From a candidate division WOR-3 bacterium (lineage in GTDB: Bacteria; Hydrothermota; Hydrothermia; Hydrothermales; Hydrothermaceae), in NCBI GenBank assembly GCA_039803745.1, contig JBDRZD010000006.1, positions 1-40,267 on the forward strand: DNA of 40,267 nt, read 5' to 3'. Positions 9,080 to 17,582 of the stretch are shown here, piece after piece. The notes under the pieces were generated by a model that did not search any database, was not told the origin of the DNA, and was given only the letters and a program-made list of their open reading frames with translations. Positions within the stretch are counted from its first letter, which is position 1; every line of letters begins with the position of its first letter. Made by a program: the position numbers and the translations under genes.

Positions 9080-9150
9080 TTTATAGAGGGAAAAAGGGGC
9101 AAGAAGGATTTTAGATATTCCAAGAAGTGAGATATTGCCGAGAATACTAA
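9080..9150 (+). repeat. Degenerate second copy of the hypE 3' end
   Basis: 9095-9146 matches 7543-7594 at 47 of 52 nt and reads GARRILDIPRSEILPRIL. The catalytic Cys codon is lost. Confidence 0.92.
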
Positions 9151-9198
9151 ACCTTTTTACCCTTTTTAATTTATTCTATGTGTATAACTTTCGCTATC

Positions 9199-9432
9199 TT
9201 ATTTTACAATTTCCTTAATTCCTATGTTCCAGAACCAGTCAAACCATATTTCCATATTGTCTCTGTAAAAACTGCTCTTCCACCTAATGTAATATTTAAC
9301 TCTATTTTGTTTGCATTTCACTGTTGCATCATGCTCATTTATAACTGTCCTAGCTCACCATGAATTTGGAGTGCTTGCATTTGCCCATACTGTTATTATT
9401 GAATCATCAAGTATCGCAATCCATCCAGTTTT
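9199..9432 (-). pseudogene. Probable gene fragment of a secreted protein
   Basis: The minus frame reads KTGWIAILDDSIITVWANASTPNSW*ARTVINEHDATVKCKQNRVKYYIRWKSSFYRDNMEIWFDWFWNIGIKEIVK*. It has one internal TGA (9357-9355) and no start codon at its 5' end. Confidence 0.45.
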
Positions 9433-9441
9433 TTAAAAAAA

Positions 9442-9870
9442 TCAAGTTTTCTTTGAGAATATAAATATATTGATGCTTAAAAGAATTAAAAATAGATTTC
9501 TCAAAATAAGTAAAATGCCGGTTTCTGGCTCTTTCCCAAATATCTTAAAACAGCCACATTCAAAATGAACTCCTTTAAAAATAGTGTAAGAAAGCGCAAT
9601 TATAAATATAAAGAGCATAAATGAAATTATAAATGAAGCACCTTTTATTAATATACCTATTAAAAGGAAAAATCCAGAAAATATTTCAAAAAATGGCAAA
9701 ATTATTGAAAATAAATTTATAAGTTTTTCTGGAATTATACCATATTTTGCAACCGTAAGAGAAAATTCAAAGATATTTTTAATTTTAAGAGCACCAGAAT
9801 ATATGAACAAAATACCTAAAAAAATTTCTAAAATCCTTATCCATATTTTATTAGAAAGAAACTTCTTCAC
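9442..9870 (-). CDS. MauE/DoxX-family membrane protein (GTG start at 9870 preferred)
   Basis: 'LGILFIYSGALKI', 'LPFFEIFSG..LL.G', 'CGCF' and 'RNLFL' motifs. Confidence 0.85.
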   Translation of the reverse strand: MKKFLSNKIWIRILEIFLGILFIYSGALKIKNIFEFSLTVAKYGIIPEKLINLFSIILPFFEIFSGFFLLIGILIKGASFIISFMLFIFIIALSYTIFKGVHFECGCFKIFGKEPETGILLILRNLFLILLSINIFIFSKKT

Positions 9871-10324
9871 GAGGAAGCCCCCTTTTTTCCCATTCAGGAT
9901 ATCCATCTATATAAACATAAATATTTTTAAAACCGTATTTTAAAATAAACTCGGCAACTATAAAACTTTCTTCACAGTATCCTCCTTCGCAATATATGAT
10001 TATATCTTTATCTTTTTTAAGTAAATTTAAAAATATTTCAGGATAGATTTCAAATTCATTATATGGAATATTTATTGCACTCTTTATATGTCCTTTTTCA
10101 TAAAATACTCTTTCCCTTGCATCAACTATTATTATATTCCCATTTTTATACAGTTTAAGAAGTTCTATTGTATTTAAAAATTTTATTTGGGGATATTTTT
10201 TTGAAAAAAGATAAACTTTTGTATTTTCAGGAAAAATCTCTATTTTTTTTAAAATAGCAAATAGAAGTGCTGAAAATATTGAAATAAATGTGATTATTAA
10301 AATTTCCAAAAAAAATTTCTTCAT
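9851..10324 (-). CDS. Membrane-anchored rhodanese-like domain protein
   Basis: N-terminal TM helix, 'VDAR...Y..GHI..AINIP', 'IIIYCEGGYC..S' and 'GYPEW..RGLP'. Confidence 0.9.
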   Translation of the reverse strand: MKKFFLEILIITFISIFSALLFAILKKIEIFPENTKVYLFSKKYPQIKFLNTIELLKLYKNGNIIIVDARERVFYEKGHIKSAINIPYNEFEIYPEIFLNLLKKDKDIIIYCEGGYCEESFIVAEFILKYGFKNIYVYIDGYPEWEKRGLPREEVSF

Positions 10325-10950
10325 TTATATTTTATTTTAACAGGCGCATCAAAGAGAAGCCTGTTTAAAAAAGTTTTTAAAAATGGTCTTTTCTCTTTTA
10401 TATCATCTTTTAAAAAATAAAGCCTTCTGAATATTAAAAAAATTAAAATGGTTAAAGAGAAAAAAAATAGGTTTATGTCTTTTTTTATAAAAAATATAAA
10501 AACTGGAATCAAGGAAAAGGCAAGAATTGTTCCAAGCCCTACTTCTTTTAAAATAAAAAGGGGTGAAAAAATTAAAAAAGAAAGAACAGTTTCTCTAAAG
10601 GAAAAATAAAGCATCACACCAAGACTTGTTGCCATCCCCCTTCCACCATGAAATTTTAAAAATATAGGGAAAGAATGCCCAACTACTGCAAAAAAGGCAC
10701 TAATAAAAGTATAAGGGGAAGAAAGTCCGGAAAGTTTAATCAGGATAATTGAAAAAATCCCTTTTACCATATCTAATAAAATTGCTATCACACCAAATAT
10801 AAATCCAACCTCCCTTGCAACATTTGAACCACCAATATTTTTTGTTCCTGTTTTTCTTAAATCTTTTTTACCAATTATTTTTCCAATTAAAAAGGAAAAG
10901 GGAATTGAACCAAAAAGATAACCTGTAATCATTGAAAGAAGAATATTCAT
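10321..10950 (-). CDS. plsY: PlsY-family glycerol-3-phosphate acyltransferase (motif-3 His absent)
   Basis: 'YLFGSIPF...DLRKTGTKNIGGSNVAR', 'D..KG' and 'GHSFPIFLKFHGGRGMAT'. Confidence 0.8.
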   Translation of the reverse strand: MNILLSMITGYLFGSIPFSFLIGKIIGKKDLRKTGTKNIGGSNVAREVGFIFGVIAILLDMVKGIFSIILIKLSGLSSPYTFISAFFAVVGHSFPIFLKFHGGRGMATSLGVMLYFSFRETVLSFLIFSPLFILKEVGLGTILAFSLIPVFIFFIKKDINLFFFSLTILIFLIFRRLYFLKDDIKEKRPFLKTFLNRLLFDAPVKIKYK

Positions 10951-11021
10951 TATATAAATTATAATTAAATTTACAAAAATAGTTCAATTACCTTATAATT
11001 TATTTTTAAAAAGGATTGAAT

Positions 11022-12074
11022 ATGATTAAATTACCAAGGTGGTTAAAGATTAGTTTGGGAAATGAACTTGCAATAGACCTTGGAACTGCTACAACACTTA
11101 TATATGTAAAGGATAAAGGAATTTTACTTGATGAACCATCAGTTGTTGCAATTGATAGACTAACAGGAAAACCTCTTGCAGTAGGACAGGAAGCAAAAAA
11201 GATGCTTGGTAAAACACCAAGCGATATAATAGCAAAAAGACCTATGAAAGATGGAGTGATTGCAGATTTTGAACTTGTTCAAGAGATGCTGCATCATTTT
11301 ATAACAAAGGTAACAAAAAAATCTCTTTTAACTCAACCAAAGGTTTTAGTTTCTGTGCCATCGGGAATAACAGAGGTGGAGGCAAGAGCAGTTAAAGATT
11401 CAGCAGAAAGTGCAGGGGCAAGAGAAGTATATTTAGTATCAGAACCAATAGCAGCAGCAGTTGGAATCGGGCTTCCCATAGAAAAACCAACAGGCAATAT
11501 GGTAATAGATATAGGTGGAGGAACAACAGAAATAGCGGTTATTGCACTATTTGGTATTGTCACAAATGTTTCAATAAGAACAGCAGGTGATGAAATGGAT
11601 GAAGCGATAATAGATTATATAAGAAGAAAGTATAAATTATTAATAGGAGAAGCAACTGCTGAAAGGATAAAGATAGAAATTGGGACAGCAATACCCCTTG
11701 AAAAGGGAATGGAGATGGAAATAAGAGGTAGAGATTTAATTACGGGGATACCAAAAACTTTGAATATAACAAGTGAAGAAGTTATGGAAGCATTAAAGGA
11801 GCCTGTTTTTCAAATAATTGATGCAATAAAAAAAGCCCTTGAAAAGGCTCCTCCTGAACTTTCTGCTGATATAATTGAAAATGGAATATATTTAACAGGG
11901 GGAGGAGCACTTTTAAGAGGAATTGATAAATTAATAGAAAGAGAAACAGGGTTAAAAGTAAAAATTGCTGATGACCCAAGAAAATGTGTGGTAATAGGAG
12001 CTGGTAAAATTCTTGAAAATTTAGAAAAGTACAGAAAAGTTTTGAGAAAGCCCAAAAGAACTTATGAGGAATGA
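11022..12074 (+). CDS. mreB: Rod shape-determining protein MreB
   Basis: 'AIDLGTA', 'RPMKDGVIADF', 'DIGGGTTE' and 'LTGGGALL'. The ATG at 11022 follows AAGGA. Confidence 0.98.
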   Translation: MIKLPRWLKISLGNELAIDLGTATTLIYVKDKGILLDEPSVVAIDRLTGKPLAVGQEAKKMLGKTPSDIIAKRPMKDGVIADFELVQEMLHHFITKVTKKSLLTQPKVLVSVPSGITEVEARAVKDSAESAGAREVYLVSEPIAAAVGIGLPIEKPTGNMVIDIGGGTTEIAVIALFGIVTNVSIRTAGDEMDEAIIDYIRRKYKLLIGEATAERIKIEIGTAIPLEKGMEMEIRGRDLITGIPKTLNITSEEVMEALKEPVFQIIDAIKKALEKAPPELSADIIENGIYLTGGGALLRGIDKLIERETGLKVKIADDPRKCVVIGAGKILENLEKYRKVLRKPKRTYEE

Positions 12075-12726
12075 AAAGATTTCATTTATTCTATTCTTTT
12101 TTTTAAGTTTTTTTTTCTTTATAAATCCAGTTAAAAAAGGAATACATATTTTATTTATTGACTATTTATATCATCCTGTTATTTTACTTAAAAAAAATAT
12201 AGAAAAACTAAAAAATTGGGAAAAAGAAAAGGAGATTATATTAAAAGAATCCAAAAGGAAAGAAAGCAAAGTTTTTTCATCAAGTTATAAAATTTATTCA
12301 GAAGAATCCTTCCCGCCTCGTTTTATTTTCCTCTATAAACCAGAAAATTTTGATTCACAGAGTAAACTCGTTTTTCAAGATGAAAACCTTGCTGGAATAA
12401 TAAAAGAAAAAGGGAAAGATAAAATTTTGGTTGAGACAATTTTTTCACCTTATTTTAAAATTGATGTAATTGATAAAAGAAGTAAAGTCCTCGGTGTTTT
12501 AAAAAGTAAAGGTGATTTTTTACTTGAACTTCACTATGTTCCTTATTGGGCTGATATAAGAGAAGGTGATACCCTTCTTACAGCAGGTATATGGGAAATT
12601 GCTCCTCAAGGAATAAAAATAGGAGTAATCGAAAAAATTGAAAGGGAAGAAGGAGAGATTTTTATGAAGATAAAAGTAAGACCTCTTTTTGACCTTTCAA
12701 AAACCTCAATATTTTTATTAAAATGA
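12064..12726 (+). CDS. mreC: Rod shape-determining protein MreC
   Basis: N-terminal TM helix, short coiled coil, 'L.YVP..ADIREGD.L.T.G....P.GI.IG' motif, and position after mreB. Confidence 0.85.
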   Translation: MRNEKISFILFFFLSFFFFINPVKKGIHILFIDYLYHPVILLKKNIEKLKNWEKEKEIILKESKRKESKVFSSSYKIYSEESFPPRFIFLYKPENFDSQSKLVFQDENLAGIIKEKGKDKILVETIFSPYFKIDVIDKRSKVLGVLKSKGDFLLELHYVPYWADIREGDTLLTAGIWEIAPQGIKIGVIEKIEREEGEIFMKIKVRPLFDLSKTSIFLLK

Positions 12727-13142
12727 AAAAATTTTTATTATTACTTTTAATTTTATCAATTATTCCCTTTGAAAAAATTTTTTTTCCAAATTTTAAACAT
12801 ATAATTTCTTTTTCACTTTTGACTTTCTCAAACTTTTACCTTTTCTCTTCCGGAATATTTTTCTCCTCTTTCTTATATTCAATATCACTCGAAAGTTTCA
12901 ATCCACAAAAAATATGGGTTTTACCCTTTTACTTTGCTATTCTTTCCTTTATTACTTTATGGTTCAAAAAAAATGTTAATTATGAAATTTATCCTGTTCT
13001 TTTTCTATTTTTATTTATCTCTTCTTTTATATTCTTTTCGCTTCTTTCCTTTTCCTCATTTAACTTTTTAACTTCGTTCATCTTTTCTATTTTTTTAACA
13101 ATCCTCTTTAAACTATGGAAGAAAAAGTATTTAAATATGTGA
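12723..13142 (+). CDS. mreD: Divergent MreD-like membrane protein
   Basis: Fully hydrophobic 139-aa protein between mreC and mrdA. The call rests mainly on synteny. Confidence 0.55.
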   Translation: MKKFLLLLLILSIIPFEKIFFPNFKHIISFSLLTFSNFYLFSSGIFFSSFLYSISLESFNPQKIWVLPFYFAILSFITLWFKKNVNYEIYPVLFLFLFISSFIFFSLLSFSSFNFLTSFIFSIFLTILFKLWKKKYLNM

Positions 13143-14725
13143 TTTATTTAATTTTTATAATTTTAACTGCGAGGCTCTTTTATCTCCAGGTGATAAAATA
13201 TGAGGAAAACAAAGAAAAATCAATGAAAAACATAATTAAAGAAATAGAAATACCCGCAGTAAGAGGTAGAATTTTTGATAGGAATGGAAAGATAATTGCA
13301 TCTTCAAGAATTGGATACGAAGCAATAATTGAGGACACAATAATTAAAGAAGATATTGATATAAAAGAAATTATAAAATTGGAAGAAAGTGGTAAAAAAT
13401 TTTATATTATAGGAAAACCCTACAGATTATATCCTTATGGAAATATTTACTCCCATTTAATTGGATGGACAAGTAAGGTTTCAAAGGAAGAACTTTTAAA
13501 TGGAATTTATTCGCTTGGTGATAGAATTGGAAGATGCGGAATTGAAAAAATTTATGAGGAAATTTTAAAGGGAAAGGATGGAATTTCTTTTAGGCTTGTA
13601 GATGCAAGAGGGAATATCCTATGGGAAGAAGTAAGACCACCAATTTTGCCTCAAAAAGGTAAAGATATAACAATATCCTGTGATATTGACCTTGGAATTT
13701 ATATAGATTCACTTTTTTTACCCTATAAAAAAGGTGGAGTAATAGTTTTAAATATAAAGAATGGAGAAATATTAAGTTTATACAGTAAACCAAGTTTTGA
13801 TCTTAATATACTTTCTGGAATGGTAAAAGAAGAAAAATGGAACGAAATTAAAAATGACACATTAAATCCAATCCTTTCAAGACCTATAAGCGGACTTTAT
13901 GCTCCGGGCAGCATTTTCAAAATCTTTACAGCACTCCTTGGACTTGAGCTCGGAGTCATTGATACAAATGAAGTTATTCATTGTAATGGAGAATACAAAT
14001 TTGGAAATAGAACATTTAAAGACTGGAAAAAAGAGGGGCATGGAAAAGTGAATTTCAAAAAGGCAGTGGAAGTCTCCTGCGATGTTTATTTTTATGAAAT
14101 GGCAAGAAGAATAGGGTTAAAGAGGTTTTTAAAGAAATTGCAAGAATCAAAAATTGAAGAGAAAAAGGGGGTTGATTTATTTGGAGAAAAAGAAGGATTC
14201 TTACCTGACCTTGATTTCTATTATAAAAAATATGGTCCCTATGGTTTTTCAGAAGGAAATGTTTTAAATCTTGGAATAGGACAGGGTGAGATACTTTTAA
14301 CACCAATGCAGATTGCAGTATTTGTAAGCCAGGTTGCAAATGAAGGAAAAATTATAAAACCACATATTATTAAAAAAATTGAGGGCGAAGAAGTTATAAT
14401 AAAAGATACTCTCTTTTTACCATTTGATAAAGAAATAATAAGAATAGTTAAAAATGCCTTATTTTATGTATGTCAAGGCGAAAATGGAACAGGAAGAAGC
14501 GCAAGTATGAAAGAATGGAATATAGCAGGGAAAACAGGTACATCCCAAAACCCTTTTGGTAAAGACCATGCCTTTTTCTGCGGGTTTGCACCATTTGAGG
14601 ATCCGATTTTCTGTGTCCTTGTTTTTGTTGAGAATGCGGGAATGGGCGGGGAAGTGGCAGCACCTATTGCAGGTAAAATATTTAAATATATATATAAAAA
14701 ATGGCAAAAAGGCATCTACTTTTAG
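13115..14725 (+). CDS. mrdA: Penicillin-binding protein 2
   Basis: 'RG.IFDRNG', 'PGSIFK' (SxxK), 'SCD' and 'KTGT' motifs. Confidence 0.95.
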   Translation: MEEKVFKYVIYLIFIILTARLFYLQVIKYEENKEKSMKNIIKEIEIPAVRGRIFDRNGKIIASSRIGYEAIIEDTIIKEDIDIKEIIKLEESGKKFYIIGKPYRLYPYGNIYSHLIGWTSKVSKEELLNGIYSLGDRIGRCGIEKIYEEILKGKDGISFRLVDARGNILWEEVRPPILPQKGKDITISCDIDLGIYIDSLFLPYKKGGVIVLNIKNGEILSLYSKPSFDLNILSGMVKEEKWNEIKNDTLNPILSRPISGLYAPGSIFKIFTALLGLELGVIDTNEVIHCNGEYKFGNRTFKDWKKEGHGKVNFKKAVEVSCDVYFYEMARRIGLKRFLKKLQESKIEEKKGVDLFGEKEGFLPDLDFYYKKYGPYGFSEGNVLNLGIGQGEILLTPMQIAVFVSQVANEGKIIKPHIIKKIEGEEVIIKDTLFLPFDKEIIRIVKNALFYVCQGENGTGRSASMKEWNIAGKTGTSQNPFGKDHAFFCGFAPFEDPIFCVLVFVENAGMGGEVAAPIAGKIFKYIYKKWQKGIYF

Positions 14726-15912
14726 AAAAAAATATAAATTTAAGGCATAACATAATTTTAATAATAGTTTTATTAATAGTTTTTTTAGGTTCTTTAACAA
14801 TGTTTTCAATCTCAAGGAGCAAAAATTCTCCTATTTTTGAAAAACACATCACAAATATAATATTTTCTCTCCTTTTTTATTTCTTTTTTCTAAAGATTAA
14901 AATACCAAATAGATTCCCATTTCTTTATTTTTTAATTGTGATTTCTTTACTTTTAATTCCTCTTTTCATATCACCTTATCCAAAGAGATGGATAAAAATA
15001 TCTTCCTTTTCATTCCAGCCTTCAGAAATTGCTAAAATTCCTTTTTTTATTTCTTTAGCAGTTTTTTTAGAAGACAAATATTATTTAAATTTTAAAGATA
15101 GTTTGATCCTTTTTATAATGTGTTTATTACCATTTATTTTTATTCTATCAGAACCAGACCTTGGACAGGGAAGTTTTTACATTTCCTCTTTTTATTTGAT
15201 AATTTTACTTAAAAAAAGCAATTTAAATACAAAACTTTTTTATATAATTCCGCCAATTTCTTTACTCTTCTCTCTTAATTATATTATCTTTCTTTCTTTC
15301 ATAATAATTTTTTTAATCTTTCTTATTTATGTAAAAATGAAAATTTTGAATAAAATCCTTTTCTTCACAATTGCAATAATAATAGGACTTTTCTCTCCTT
15401 TAGCCTTGAATAAATTTTTAAAAGATTATCAGAAGGAAAGAATAAAAACATTCTTAAATTTATCAAGGGATCCAAAGGGAAGTGGATGGCAAGTATCTCA
15501 GGGATTAATAGCAATAGGTTCAGGAGGAATAAAGGGAAAAGGATTTTTAAAGGGTTCCCAGAAAGGACTTGCTTTTTTACCTGCAGCTCATTCTGATTTC
15601 ATATTTGCCTCCTTTTCAGAGGAATTTGGATTTATAGGATGTCTATTTTTATTTTTCCTTTATTTTTTACTTTTTATAAATATTTTGAATTTGATGAAAA
15701 ATATGGATTCTTTCTCTTATATTTTTTCCTTATTAACCATTTTTTCTTTTCTATACAACTTCTTTTTAAATATTGGAGGCCAGCTCGGTATATTACCATT
15801 AACAGGAATTCCTCTCCCTTTTTTAAGTTATGGAGGTACACATATGCTTACAAATTTTTTATTCCTTTCTCTTCTTAGGAATTTTCAGAGAAGTTTCCTT
15901 AACAAAGGGTAA
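14701..15912 (+). CDS. rodA: SEDS glycosyltransferase RodA
   Basis: 'RWI.....FQPSE.AK', 'EPDLG', 'AIGSGG..GKG..KGSQ', 'HSDFIF....EEFG' and 'TGIPLPFLSYGG'. Confidence 0.95.
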   Translation: MAKRHLLLEKNINLRHNIILIIVLLIVFLGSLTMFSISRSKNSPIFEKHITNIIFSLLFYFFFLKIKIPNRFPFLYFLIVISLLLIPLFISPYPKRWIKISSFSFQPSEIAKIPFFISLAVFLEDKYYLNFKDSLILFIMCLLPFIFILSEPDLGQGSFYISSFYLIILLKKSNLNTKLFYIIPPISLLFSLNYIIFLSFIIIFLIFLIYVKMKILNKILFFTIAIIIGLFSPLALNKFLKDYQKERIKTFLNLSRDPKGSGWQVSQGLIAIGSGGIKGKGFLKGSQKGLAFLPAAHSDFIFASFSEEFGFIGCLFLFFLYFLLFINILNLMKNMDSFSYIFSLLTIFSFLYNFFLNIGGQLGILPLTGIPLPFLSYGGTHMLTNFLFLSLLRNFQRSFLNKG

Positions 15913-16959
15913 TGAGGTTATTTTAAACTCTTTGATTTTACCTCTTATATCAATATAAATTTTTTCACCTTCAAAATCACTCCTTACATAACCCATTCCA
16001 ATACCTTTATTTAGATTTGGCGAAAAAGTTCCTGATGTTACATAACCAATTTCCTCTCCATCTGAAAATATCTTCATCTTTTCCCTTGGTATGACTCCTT
16101 TTTCTTCTGAATAAAAACCTATTAATTTCTTTTTAATACCTTCCTCCAGTTCTTTAATTATTCTTTCTTTCCCGAGAAAATTCTCTTTTACTTTAACAAA
16201 TCTTTTTAAACCTGCTTCAAGTGGAGAAGTATCATCATCAAGTTCATGACCATAAAGGGGATAACCCATTTCAAGTCTTAAAGTATCCCTCGCACCAAGT
16301 CCTGCAGGTTTTATATCCCCTTTAAATACTTCATTCCAAATAAAATCAGCATATTCTTTTCTTACATATATTTCAAATCCGTCTTCACCTGTATATCCTG
16401 TTCTTGAAATTAAAATCGGTATATCCTTATATTTTGTTTCAATTGACCAGTAGAATTTAACATTTGAGAGATTAAGTTCCAGTATGTTTACTAAATGCGG
16501 TTCTGCAAGCGGCCCCTGTATTGCAAGTTGAGCAATCTCATCACTTAAATTTTTTATTTCCACATCAAAATTTTTGGACATTTCACATAAAAAATTATAA
16601 TCCTTTAAAGTATTTGCAGCATTTACAACAAGAAAATATCTATCAGGAAGTTTGTATATTAAAAGATCATCAACAGAACCGCCATTTTCATTTAAAAGAA
16701 CTGCATATTGAACCTGATAATCTTTGAGGAGAGAAGGATCATTTGAGACAACATAAGAAAGAAATTTAAGAGCATCCTTGCCCTTTATTTCTATTTCACC
16801 CATATGGGAAACATCAAATATAACAAGCTTTTCTCTTGCATAAATTGTTTCTTTTATTATTCCCTCATATTGGACAGGCATCTCGAATCCCGCAAATGGA
16901 ACCATTTTAGCATTTAATTTTATATGCTTATCATAAAAAGGTGTTCTTTTTAACATCAT
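15859..16959 (-). CDS. gcvT: Glycine cleavage system aminomethyltransferase T
   Basis: 'FAGFEMPVQY', 'FDVSHMGE', 'SRTGYTGEDGFE' and 'GLGARDTLRLEMG'. Confidence 0.97.
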   Translation of the reverse strand: MMLKRTPFYDKHIKLNAKMVPFAGFEMPVQYEGIIKETIYAREKLVIFDVSHMGEIEIKGKDALKFLSYVVSNDPSLLKDYQVQYAVLLNENGGSVDDLLIYKLPDRYFLVVNAANTLKDYNFLCEMSKNFDVEIKNLSDEIAQLAIQGPLAEPHLVNILELNLSNVKFYWSIETKYKDIPILISRTGYTGEDGFEIYVRKEYADFIWNEVFKGDIKPAGLGARDTLRLEMGYPLYGHELDDDTSPLEAGLKRFVKVKENFLGKERIIKELEEGIKKKLIGFYSEEKGVIPREKMKIFSDGEEIGYVTSGTFSPNLNKGIGMGYVRSDFEGEKIYIDIRGKIKEFKITSLPFVKETSLKIPKKRKE

Positions 16960-17582
16960 CTACCTCCTATATATTTAAAAGTATCATAAGGAGTAGCATA
17001 AAAAATTAATCCCTTCTCTGGTGCATATACTTCATAACTTTCTTGAATTTTCTTTATAAATACCATACCCTTTTTAATTCCTATTTCAAAATATCTTTCA
17101 ACTTTAAAAGAATTATCAAACTCTACATCTTCAATTTTAAAGGTGACAGGACCTTTGATTTTTATTTTCATTTTTCTTGAATAAAATAAAGTATCACCCT
17201 CTATCAAAAAGTTCTTTTTTAAACTATCAACTATTAAATCACCATTTATAAAAATTGATGGAATAAAAGGGATTGCCCTTTCTTCAAGAACATATTCATT
17301 CTCCCCTGAATAATAAACTTCTTTAAAATATTTTTTTATAAAACCCCCTTCTTTTAAAAAGAAATCATCTTCATATAAAAAGAAAACATTTTTAAAATTT
17401 TCACCTAAAATTAAAGTATCTCTTATAACCTCAACATAGGATGTTTCTCTTTCTGGAAGATGGACAAAGCGGGATTTAAATCCTGTATTTAAAGGAAAAT
17501 AATCATTTAATACTCTATCAATCAATGAATTTTTAAAACAAAAAGAAAGAAAAAGGAGTAAAAATAAAAATCTTTTACTCAA
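16956..17582 (-). CDS. Hypothetical exported protein, possible lipoprotein
   Basis: Signal-like 'MSKRFLFLLLFLSFC', 'DYFPLNTG' and C-terminal 'YAPEKGLI', resembling beta-rich exported families. It overlaps both neighbours. Confidence 0.6.
   Translation of the reverse strand: MSKRFLFLLLFLSFCFKNSLIDRVLNDYFPLNTGFKSRFVHLPERETSYVEVIRDTLILGENFKNVFFLYEDDFFLKEGGFIKKYFKEVYYSGENEYVLEERAIPFIPSIFINGDLIVDSLKKNFLIEGDTLFYSRKMKIKIKGPVTFKIEDVEFDNSFKVERYFEIGIKKGMVFIKKIQESYEVYAPEKGLIFYATPYDTFKYIGGR

Noticed and set aside
9355..9357. In-frame TGA as possible selenocysteine or recoding
   Set aside because: The frame has no start codon at its 5' end, no Cys-like context and no evident SECIS hairpin. TGA is used as a normal stop elsewhere in the window.
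9178..9363. 61-aa plus-strand ORF in the gap after the lipoprotein
   Set aside because: It has no RBS or motif, and the minus-strand frame looks more protein-like.
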